Assembly (NCBI GenBank): GCA_015680685.1 | Contig: MNCI01001177.1 | Location: 147,412 to 211,411 of the forward strand | Direction of reading: 5' to 3' | DNA: 64,000 bases | DNA from: Gnetum montanum | Lineage: Eukaryota > Plantae > Gnetophyta | Shown: piece by piece, positions 13,101 to 25,100 of the stretch | Layout of the letters: the number at the start of each line of letters is the position of its first letter | Numbering within the stretch: the stretch's first letter is position 1 | Made by a program: the position numbers and the translations under genes | Notes under the pieces: model-generated | Database searches by the model: none | The model's input: the letters and a program-made list of their open reading frames with translations, nothing else | What the model was told of the DNA's origin: nothing

Positions 13101-16100
13101 ATTTGTTAGTAGGATTAGTAGAATCTCTTCAGTCCTGTTTGGGCTTGTTGCTTAACTTTTTGAAACAAAATTTCCATAAAACCTGCATAATCTATGTTTA
13201 AAATTTAGGAATGAAGTGTCATAAAACATTAATGGCATGAGCATTTGACTTGCAGCTACTAGGTTCAAGGTTCAAATACACACGTGCCGCCTAAGAGCAT
13301 GGTAAATACATGCAAGCAGATTTTGCCAGTTACAAAAATCAGCTGTAAAAGAACTATTGCTAACTCACCTACCTACAAGGGATATCCTATTTCACTAGGA
13401 TAAACACAATAGTTCACCCCAATTTAAGAAGATAAAGATATGATTTGAATTTCTCAGTGAATTGTGAACTAATGGTTAGAAAGTTCTGTCTATGACGCTG
13501 CCATCTTTCGTCACACTAAAAGGCCAAAGCCCTCAAGTTGATCACACCTTGGCATGGGTAAAACCCTTAGCAAGTGACAGTTTCTCACACTGCCGCCTTG
13601 CCTTAACTGTAATATCCTTCCCTCCTCCTCTCACCTTTTTTACATTGGCAACTCTGCTTCTTCAGGTTAGCTAGTCCTTCATCCCCTGCCATCATCCAAC
13701 CCTACTGTTTAATCATGATCACTGTCCACTGTCTGCCTATGCACCTCTTGCACTGGGCTGCACTTTCCACTTCCTGCTTCCTCTCTGAGTGCACACTGAA
13801 ATCATCTTTTTTCTTCCAAAAATGTCATTGGTATTTAAATGGGTAGGTTCAATATTTTAAAAGTATGGACAACCTTTGTAACACAAATGGAGGAAGCTGT
13901 ATTTCTCTAGTATTCCCATCTGGTTGATGTGGGCTCAAACATAATGGTTATAGACCAAGTGCTCTGACCATTAAGAAAAAGCTTACCCTCATGACTATGA
14001 AGACACAACCAGATGGAACGTGTGAACCTTGGCATTTTTCATTTTGCATTCATATATATGTGTGTGTATGTGTGGGTGTAAATTAGTCATTTATTTTTTT
14101 AAACAGGATGGTCGCAAATGCATATTTTTACTGTTGTTTGTGCCTATTTGTTGAATTTGAAATTCAGGAAACACCAACCCTTTACGTGATTCACTTAAGT
14201 TTTGGTAAAAATCATGCACATTGAAGACTTAGTTTGTATTATAATTTATTTATTATTATTATTGGTTATTTGGCAGGATCGTTTGTGAATGCACTGAATG
14301 TGGTAAAGGTTTGAGATATACACCTTCACGCTGGAAAAAACATGTGGGTTCAACCCAGAATAATTGGAAGCAAAAAGTTATAATTAACGGCTCAGGATCA
14401 CGGCTTTTAGACTGGGTTTGTATTTTTCAAAAACATGGTTGTTTGTTTGCTTGTTTGTTTTTTAAAAACCTTTTGTTGTTTTACTTCTGAATGCCATTTT
14501 GTTGAGCAATTGTGCCCATAGATAGGATGTTTTTCTGTTTTCTATTTCTTTTTCTAGAAAATTGAATTTATATATTAATGATTAGGTTTTAGGTGTTCTT
14601 ATGGCTTTTCTGCTTTCATAAAAATGTATCATAAATGCCTGAATGCTCTTCAAAGATTCATGTTTCAGTTGTTTTGAATTATTCTCCTTGTATAACACCT
14701 TCGGTTTATGTAGCAAAACCACCAAAATCGTATAGCTAGAAAGATGGTTTGAGAAGAAAAAGGCCACAGCTTCATCATATGCAGCAAATGAATTAAAATG
14801 TACATGCACCGCTCTTTACATACAGAGTGGCCAGATAAATCTTCAGTTAAGATTCTCACAATTAAATTATTAAACTAACATGGCTAACATGTATCAAAGT
14901 AACATATGGCATGCATGGATGCACGTGTAATGGCATTTTTTCATCTGCACTGTCTTATGTAATTGATTTATTTTATTTAATATTCTGACTGATTAATTTG
15001 CTCATTAATTAAATTGGACAATAATGTAATAAACCCTTGATCACAATCCATCGTTGACCTCTAAGATCTCAAGAAATTTCTGGTTGTACTCCAAAATTTA
15101 TTTATTAATAGAATCTTATTTTAACTTATTAAAAAAGTGCTTATCTTTGAAGAATTGAAAACTAATGAACATGAGGCTAACGTGTTGGGTCAAACATGTC
15201 CCAACATCAAGAGCAACAAGGAGTAAGGACTTTGTTTTTATCCTAAGTTACTTGGCTTTTCTTAACTCATCAGGGCCATTTTTCCTTAGGTAAGTTAGGA
15301 AAGTCGTCATGAGTTTGGTTGCACCTTGATGTGTTCTTGCAATTGATTTTTGACAACGTTGCTGTTACCTAGTGAAGGTCATAGTCATAATTAGTATACC
15401 ATTTGATTTTCCTTATGTGAATAATCACGTCTAATTTGATATTATAGGTCCTTTTTAGGTATGGATCTTGGATTACTGTGTCACTAGTGCAATTGATACT
15501 ATGTATAGGAGAATTTTCTCTTTAGTTCCACTCATTCTTTTAAACTCCTGATCCCAAAGACAATGTCTGGCTATTGGTTGGTTGTGATCGTGTAGATGGA
15601 AGAGATAACTGGGAAGTTTTGAATTGATCACATATTTTTTGTTTGAGAGAATGTTCGGGATTGTATTACTGAAAATTCATAGTACAAGAGTATACAGTTC
15701 GAGGGTCAACAGAGATGGCCCACCGAAAACAAAAACAAAAAGGTGGAGGTGGAAAAACCCCATGCAAAAAACACCGGCACCCCAACCTGACAAAACTCGC
15801 TCGAGGCGGGTGGGGGGGGGGGGGGGNCGTATCGCCGGCGGGGGAGGGGCCCTTAGGGGTGAGTCGGCAAGTGACGGTAGGCACAGTGCGGACGTTCAAG
15901 TTCATGGAGTAGGTCTAGGGTGTTGCAATGCTCCTCGGTATCCATGAAGTTCGCCGCCTGTTGGATACCTTGCATAGCAGACTCCCGCCTGCTCCGGTCA
16001 TCTGATGAATCCCTTGCATCCGAATTGATCACATATTTTAAGTCTTAAGGAGATACAAATTATGGGTGTACAGAAGCAATTGCAAATTATTTGAGAAAGA

Positions 16101-19100
16101 TCATCATTTATCAATGTTCACCCAAAAAATGTTACAGTAGTCAAAGTGGTAGAACTTGTTTGTTTAACTTGAAAGAACACTTGAAACGTATAATACAATA
16201 GATCTTCAAAGTCACCTCTTGTTGAACATATAGAAAGAGACAACCCTCTAAAGTGATCATCATGTTGATAGAAAATGATGAAGTTTTTTGCATTTTTTTA
16301 ATCTTAAAAAATCATGAGTATGTTTAGTTGGTTATGCACTCGATGTTAAAGTATTTCTAATATGAGGTTGTAAGTTCAATCCTTAGTTGCACATACACTT
16401 GGCAATTCAACTGGTAAGAACATTTAAAGCTTAAAAAAGTATTTTAATAATCTTAATTGAGATCAAGCTTACCCAATTAATTGGGTAAGCTTCTTCTTCT
16501 TCTTCTTTTCCTCCTCATCATCATCCTAACCTTATCCCAATTACGTGGGGTCAGCTATATGATTTGTTTTACATCATTCACTTTTATTAAGAGCCAAATA
16601 AGCATTAAAACCCAAATCTTGGATGTCTTTCTTTATGCAAGCAAACTGGGTATGTTTTAGTTTACCTCTTTGTTGGTTCTCCTCAACTTTAATAAAAAAA
16701 TATCTTCAAACAAGATCATTCTATGATATTCTAAACACATGGCTAAACTATCTAAGACAACTTTCCTTAATCTTCTCATCTTTGGGAGCTACTCTTAAAC
16801 TTCCCCTAATAAGATAGTTGTTGATTTGATTTTTCCTAGTCACACCCAACATCCACGTTAGTGTATGTGTCTTTGCCACATGCTCACATTGCACCTTATG
16901 CTTTTTGATAGACTAGCATTGTCACCATAGAGTATTGTTTTTTTTTTTTTTGAGAAAGTATTCAGGATTCTATTACTGAGAATTGCAAAATATGTTACAA
17001 GAGGTTACAATTGGGGGGTGTCCCTCGAAGGTTCCCAGGCAACAAGGGGGGGGCGCCCCCCCGACCAAGAAAAAAGTTTTTACAGATGGAGGGGGGGTGC
17101 CCCCCCGACCAAGAAAAAAGTTTTTACAAACATGGGGGGGCGTCCCCCCGAGATCGAACAAACAACTCCAGGAACTGGGGGGGGGGGGGGGCGGCTCCCC
17201 GAGACCGAACAAACNNNNNNNNNNNNNNNNNNNNNNNNNNNNNNNNNNNNNNNNNNNNNNNNNNNNNNNNNNNNNNNNNNNNNNTAGGTAGCTGCTGGCA
17301 CTCGCAGTTGGGGCGCACCAACTCATGGAGAATGTCAAGAGTGTTCCGATGGTCCTCCGTGTCCATGAAGCTGGCCGCCTGTTGGACGCCCTGCATGGCC
17401 GGCTCTTGTTTGCTTCTATCCTCTTGGGAGGCTCTGGCATCGGGGTGGCAACACGTCGAGGTTTGGCGGATATATCGTCGAAGATTGGCCCAAGAGCTCT
17501 CGCAACTGATTCCTAGGGTGAGGTACGGGCATCGCCCCCCTCGTAGCCATTGTCTGGTATTCTGCTCGTGGGCACGATCCAGCTGTCNNNNNNNNNNNNN
17601 NNNNNNNNNNNNNNNNNNNNNNNNNNNNNNNNNNNNNNNNNNNNNNNNNNNNNNNNNNNNNNNNNNNNNNNNNNNNNNNNNNNNNNNNNNNNNNNNNNNN
17701 NNNNNNNNNNNNNNNNNNNNNNNNNNNNNNNNNNNNNNNNNNNNNNNNNNNNNNNNNNNNNNNNNNNNNNNNNNNNNNNNNNNNNNNNNNNNNNNNNNNN
17801 NNNNNNNNNNNNNNNNNNNNNNNNNNNNNNNNNNNNNNNNNNNNNNNNNNNNNNNNNNNNNNNNNNNNNNNNNNNNNNNNNNNNNNNNNNNNNNNNNNNN
17901 NNNNNNNNNNNNGGGGAAGTCGATTTGTCCTGACGCTCGAGGGGGGCGCCGCTCCCGCGGGGTCCTTCGACTCCACGTGAAATTAGAGCCCCATGGGGTC
18001 CAACCGCCCCCCCAGTCCGGGCAGCACCGTTGCCTCAGGCGACCTGGGGGGCACCCCGGGGAAACCTCCTGGGGGGGGGGCAGAGGAAGAGGGGTGCTGC
18101 TCCCCCTCTGCCCCTCGCCACAGAGCCAAAATCAAACCCGAGTGGCGACCCCGACGCTTGAGGCTGAGGGTCTCCTTAAAGTAGCGGGGGAGGTTGACCA
18201 GGTAGNNNNNNNNNNNNNNNNNNNNNNNNNNNNNNNNNNNNNNNNNNNNNNNNNNNNNNNNNNNNNNNNNNNNNNNNNNNNNNNNNNNNNNNNNNNNNNN
18301 NNNNNNNNNNNNNNNNNNNNNNNNNNNNNNNNNNNNNNNNNNNNNNNNNNNNNNNNNNNNNNNNNNNNNNNNNNNNNNNNNNNNNNNNNNNNNNNNNNNN
18401 NNNNNNNNNNNNNNNNNNNNNNNNNNNNNNNNNNNNNNNNNNNNNNNNNNNNNNNNNNNNNNNNNNNNNNNNNNNNNNNNNNNNNNNNNNNNNNNNNNNN
18501 NNNNNNNNNNNNNNNNNNNNNNNNNNNNNNNNNNNNNNNNNNNNNNNNNNNNNNNNNNNNNNNNNNNNNNNNNNNNNNNNNNNNNNNNNNNNNNNNNNNN
18601 NNNNNNNNNNNNNNNNNNNNNNNNNNNNNNNNNNNNNNNNNNNNNNNNNNNNNNNNNNNNNNNNNNNNNNNNNNNNNNNNNNNNNNNNNNNNNNNNNNNN
18701 NNNNNNNNNNNNNNNNNNNNNNNNNNNNNNNNNNNNNNNNNNNNNNNNNNNNNNNNNNGGGGGGGGGGGGGGGGGGGGGGGGCGCCGCCGTCGTGTGCCA
18801 CGTGTCGCACATGCGGGGGCATTTGCGTGTGAAGTGCAGGGTGGTTTCAGCGGCTGCTCCGCATGTTGGACAGGTGTCAGTGTCCAGCAGTCCGTGCTGC
18901 CGCAACAGGGCCTGGACAGGCAACGCGTCGCGCTCCATTAACCATAGAAAAATTTTAAATTTTTCTGGTAGCCGCCCTTTCCAGATCCGCCGCTAGACGT
19001 TACTGCGCGGGTATTTTGCAGACATGATGGCTCGTGGCTCGAGGTTCGCCCACCTCGAGGCTTGCATCTCGTGCACGTGCTGGGCTATTGCTTGCCACAA

Positions 19101-22100
19101 CTTGGAGTCCCGCGCCGTCGCCTCCCAGCAGATGTATTTATTGCGCATAATGCAAATCCATGGGATCGGGTCCTGATGCGGCCATGAGAGTTGGAGAACG
19201 AGCCGTTGCCGCCCAAGCATCAGCTCGTCCTCGAATGTCGTGATGCCCAGCCCGCCCGCACCGAGCAGGCGCGCCACCTGCTCCCACTGAACCAAGTGCA
19301 ATTTGCTACCCCCTCTGCCCCCCCTCCCAGATGAAGTGACGAACCAAAGCATTAACAACATTGATGACGACACCGGGGGGGGGGGGGGGGGNNNNNNNNN
19401 NNNNNNNNNNNNNNNNNNNNNNNNNNNNNNNNNNNNNNNNNNNNNNNNNNNNNNNNNNNNNNNNNNNNNNNNNNNNNNNNNNNNNNNNNNNNNNNNNNNN
19501 NNNNNNNNNNNNNNNNNNNNNNNNNNNNNNNNNNNNNNNNNNNNNNNNNNNNNNNNNNNNNNNNNNNNNNNNNNNNNNNNNNNNNNNNNNNNNNNNNNNN
19601 NNNNNNNNNNNNNNNNNNNNNNNNNNNNNNNNNNNNNNNNNNNNNNNNNNNNNNNNNNNNNNNNNNNNNNNNNNNNNNNNNNNNNNNNNNNNNNNNNNNN
19701 NNNNNNNNNNNNNNNNNNNNNNNNNNNNNNNNNNNNNNNNNNNNNNNNNNNNNNNNNNNNNNNNNNNNNNNNNNNNNNNNNNNNNNNNNNNNNNNNNNNN
19801 NNNNNNNNNNNNNNNNNNNNNNNNNNNNNNNNNNNNNNNNNNNNNNNNNNNNNNNNNNNNNNNNNNNNNNNNNNNNNNNNNNNNNNNNNNNNNNNNNNNN
19901 NNNNNNNNNNNNNNNNNNNNNNNNNNNNNNNNNNNNNNNNNNNNNNNNNNNNNNNNNNNNNNNNNNNNNNNNNNNNNNNNNNNNNNNNNNNNNNNNNNNN
20001 NNNNNNNNNNNNNNNNNNNNNNNNNNNNNNNNNNNNNNNNNNNNNNNNNNNNNNNNNNNNNNNNNNNNNNNNNNNNNNNNNNNNNNNNNNNNNNNNNNNN
20101 NNNNNNNNNNNNNNNNNNNNNNNNNNNNNNNNNNNNNNNNNNNNNNNNNNNNNNNNNNNNNNNNNNNNNNCGGTAGCCATTAGAATTCCTGTGGCCACTA
20201 GCAGGCGCCCCTTGCGGCTCAGAAATCTATTAGCCCAATGACTTGCCCTTCTTTCGATCTTTTCTAGTAGCTGGCCCCACGCCACGGTCCTCCCCCACCG
20301 GAAGAGGGGGATGCCCAGGTATGTGTCGCTGGTAGCCCTTGGCTGAATATCCAAAACTTGTGTCACCCTCGCTTTAATCTGCTCATCCACATTAATGAAG
20401 TGGGCCGCGGACTTAGCTCTGTTGATTTCCAGCCCCAACTCGGTGGCTAGATGAGATAAAGCCACGTTGATGCATTGTGCTTGTGGGACCGCTGCCCTGC
20501 TTAGTAACACGTGTCATCTGCATAATGTTCCGCCCGGTAGGTCAACCTGACAATGCTTAGCCCATCCACCCCGGAGGTACTACAATAATGTTGCATTAAG
20601 TCCATGGCGATGATGAAGAGGAGGGGGGAGAGTGGGTCCCCTTGCCTCAGCCCCAGTCCTGGAGACGAGAGGCCCCACAACCGCCCCCCCCACATCAAAG
20701 AAAAACCCTGCCGAGGATTGCAGGTGAATGCACAGCCGGATGAACTGCGGGTCAAACCCTTTTTGTTGCATGATGGACTGCAATGCCTCCCAGCTTAGTG
20801 TGTTGTAAGCTTTTGTGATGTCAAGCTTGAGGTAGAGCCCGGGAAAACCCGAAATTCTAAGCGAATGGATCACCTCTTGCATGAGGAGGATCTGGTCCTG
20901 GATGAGCCGTCCTTGCACGAAACTTGCCTGGTTGGTCCCCACCAGTTTGGGCATTAGCGGTGCAAGCCTATGCACCAGCAGTTTAGAAAAGATCTGGAGG
21001 ATCACGTTGCACACTCCGATAGGGCGAAATTGTTCAGGTCATTGTGCGTCAGCTTGCTTTGGAATGCACACAATTTGTGAGCAGTTTATCTCCCTACGGA
21101 TCTGTCTCCTGGCCAGCATGAGATTCAGCGCATCTAGCATATTGGGGCCCACAATATTTAGAAACTTTTTGAAAAATTTGAGGGTCCAACCGTCAGGCCC
21201 AGGTGCTTTCCCTCCCGGCATGCTTTGGATTGTGGTCGTGAGTTCCTGCCAGGAGAAGGGGGCCAGCAACCGGGCATTATCGTGCACGCTCAACACTCTC
21301 GGAATAGAGATCGAGATTGGCCTGGTGGGACGTTTGGCCCAAATCCCACCCCAGTATTGTGTCAGCATCTGTGCCATGCGCTGTGGATCATCAATGATTT
21401 CGCCATTCTGGTTGCGGAGACTCCGTGGTTGGCAGCCCCCCCCGTGACTTGGCCATGGCAAAGAAGAATTTGGTCTGCCGATCTCCTTCTCGGATCCAGC
21501 GCACCCGGGAACGTTGTCGCCAATATATCTCCACCTCCTGGTCTAGGGCCTGAAGTTGCTGTAAGGTGCGTTGCTCCTCTGTGTGTAGGTCCTCTCCTAC
21601 CTCCTGTTGGGCTTGGATCTGGCCTAGCTTGTCCTGGAGCTCTCGCATCTGGCTAGGTGCATCTGGCCCTTGTGGCCCATTGTGACCCAAGCACCCCCTT
21701 CAAACAGCTGTCGGGCTTGGGCTTTTGGCTTTGGCGGCTTCGGCCCCGGCATGCGACAAGCCGTTACTTGGTGGCCAGGTTTGCCGCAGCGCGCACACCC
21801 GGTTGGGGGGATTCCTTGGGTCGCCGGACCACGCTTGGGGCCAACTGTTGCCTCCAGGTTCTCGAATTGCACCTCGAGTTTCTCCTCCCCCTCGGGGAGT
21901 TCCAAAATCACCTCACGGATGAGGTCCTTCTCCGTCAACGGCCTCCACACGCAAAACCTGGCAAAGCCCATGCATTCCATAGACTGGGTGACCCGGTCGA
22001 GGGCGATGAACTCGCCAAAGAAACCTGCGATTTGCCGCAGGAACTCCAGGTTCCAAAGCTCCTAGGGGAGCCGGGAAACTCGTATCCAGACCGGTGCTTT

Positions 22101-25100
22101 AGCGAACAGGTCAGTCTCCCGGTGGGCCCCAGGGCGCCACGGGGTCAACGCCAGGCCCCTCGCTCCATAGAACCATCCCGCAACAAGACCGAGTCCCGGG
22201 CTTGTCTAGAAGGGAGAATGAANATAGAACCATGGGCCCCGCAACAAGACCGAGTCCCGGGCTTGTCTAGAAGGGAGAATGAACAACAGGAGGNNNNNNN
22301 NNNNNNNNNNNNNNNNNNNNNNNNNNNNNNTGCGGTCACCAGCCTGGTCGTTGGGCTGGTGTGCCCCCCCGTCGGCCGGTGGTTGGTGGTCGTCCTGTTG
22401 TTGCACCTGTTGGTTGTCCTGCGGGGGCTCCTGTTGGGTTTCCTGTTGGTCCGCCGGTGGGTCCGCCTGCTGGTCCTCTTGCTGGTGTTCCTGCTGGTGC
22501 TTCTGCGGGTGCTCCTGCTGGTCCTCCTACTGGTAGTCCTGCTGGTGGTCCTGCTGGTTCTCTCCGTGAAATTCTCCTCTATCGAGAGTTAACCTTCACC
22601 ATAGAGTATTGTTGGTCTAATAATAGTCCTATATAACTTACCTTTCAACCTAGCAGGGATTTTTCTATCACAAAGCACACATCATGCTTCCTGCTAATTT
22701 CTCTATCTTGCTTCAATGCTGTTTGTCACATTATTGTTAATTTCACCATCCACTTGAACCAAAGACCGAAGTATATGAATTGCTTATATTGAGAAACTTC
22801 TTATCTTTGGATTCTAATCTAAAATTAAGTAACCTAGGGGGTTTGTATGAAATTTAAGTTAAATTAAATAAACAGTAATTGAATTTTTTAGTTATGGCTT
22901 GTTTTAAGGTATTCATAAAAATCTAATTAATCAACAACACTTGGCCCCACCTATGTTTTACTTTGATTCTCAATGTTTTGATTGTTCATACTTCCAAAAT
23001 GCAGATTGGGTCATGGACCATCTTTACATTTCAAAGATTTCGGATAGCAAATTGTATAGAATCATGACCTAGAATCATTTGGAATTGTGATATTGAAACA
23101 ATGATTTTCTAGCAATTTGGAAAATATTTACTTCTATTAATAAAATGTAACAAACAAGCTGGGTTGCTTAGAGTCACAATTCCCTTTGTAGGGTTGAGAA
23201 AAGTCTCTCGCCTATTGTTCTCTCCTTATGCTATGGGAACAGCATTAACGGTTGATGGAAAAAGGACTACGAGATCTGTGTAGGAATAGGACTGTGATGA
23301 TATTATGCATGAAAAATTTACAGCATGAAAGTAAAAATGCTAACATGTAATGGTGTTATGTGTGGTGATATGCTTGTGTAAGGGCTTAAATAATAGAAAT
23401 ACGAATAAAAGTGTGAAAAAGTGGTTGCATTAGTATTTCAAGCAGGTGATACCCTTTTCTCACCAAATGGGTGTATTAATGCTTTGACTTAGAATTCACA
23501 TCACTAATATACATACTTGACACCAATGTGTGTCTGACCTGCACGTGAATTTGCGATGACACATACATACCATGGAGAGACAATACATACCAACAGTAAT
23601 ATACATACTAGTGATACCGTATCATGCATGCAGTACCTCTATTTTATGAATTTTTTTACTGTATTTTGAATTCTAATTTAAGAACAGAAAAACGTGAAAG
23701 TGCTCTCATGGGCTCTTGATGACATCAAAGTAGTGGAAGAAGGCTGCCAATTGATTGTTGCATATGGAGTCTCCTCCTTCAATTTATGTAGGCTTTAATC
23801 TTCATGAAACCTTGCATCTAAATTTTGAGGTAGATTAAAATAATGAATAAATTTTTAGAATCCTGTATCTGATTTTAAAGATGGACTATAATGATGATTC
23901 GTTTTTGTAGGTCACTTAAAATTTAGATTATTGTTTGTGCCGTGAAAGTGGTTTTGATTGCCATTAAGATTGAATATTAGGAGATCAGTATTCATTCCTT
24001 AAAAAAAAAAAACGTTTTATTTAAATTCAATGCTTTTGTTGATACTTTTTAACATCATATCTATTTTGTGGCATATGTAAGCCTGCCTAGGAATCACAAT
24101 GTATAATGATTGTTGCTAGGTTGAGTTCTGGTGTTTCAAGATTTTGTTTTAAAACCTAGTTTTATTGCATTTGTATCTTCCTTGATTCAGATTGTCTTCT
24201 TAATTTTTTTAACTAGAATAAAAATTCTTAGTTATTTAATATTTTGACGAGTTTGGCCCTTTGTTTCTGTATCCGATTTTGATAATTCTAAAATGAACCG
24301 CTATAATTTGTTATTACCAAGTTTATTTTTATAATATTCATTGACGTCTATATTTATACTAGAAAGCATAGAAGAAAATAGTCATCAGAAACCTTATATA
24401 TGAATGAAAATGTAGTGTAAAATCCACCTATATTTATGTTGAAATTATCAAAGTTGAATTATGCATAAAAACTTATCATCTGCTTTCAATCCTTTGTGCC
24501 CTTTATTTATTTGGTTCTTACCCTAATCATCCCCGAACAAAATCTGTCTCAGCACTTGTCCTTAAATCTGCAATCATATGCTTAAAGTCTTAGATAAATG
24601 TTGAATAGTCTTAAGGACAGAAAGCATTGCTGGTTCAAATATATATATTGAATAGATCTTTCGAGTAAATGGTATGTATGGATGGATCTTTCGACTAAAT
24701 GGAATGTATGGCTACAGGGTTTTTGATTGATAGTATGTGTAGTGTGGTATGACACCATATCATATAATTAGAGAATGGGTTAGGTGTGTCTGACAAGTGT
24801 GTTAGTATAGTCAGTTTTGTGAATTTTAAGTCGGAGCATTGATACCCCCGTTTGATGAGAAAAGGGTAGCCCTTTTCAAGAAAAGGGTGCATGAAGAATA
24901 AAGGTTATGCATGTATATTATTCTTTGAGAACTGCAATGCGAAAAATGTTTATGAATGCTTATAAATTAAAGATGCATGTGAATCATGATTCCAACACCG
25001 TTTGAATTGCATACCCATTTGGATCACATAAAAATGCTTTTATTTGGACTAGATGTTCCTTTACTAGTCTTTACTAATCTATTTAAAAAGTTTAGCGTCA

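Noticed and set aside
17011-20510. Very long ORFs (661, 505 and 312 aa) in the ORF track
   Set aside because: Mostly X residues read through N gaps; the real parts are L1 ORF2 fragments
22168-22283. ~55-bp direct duplication
   Set aside because: The copies abut a single N, typical of a contig-overlap artefact
21657-22636. + strand Leu/Val-rich or PAG-repeat ORFs suggesting a membrane or collagen-like protein
   Set aside because: Antisense readings of the GC-rich L1 5' repeat
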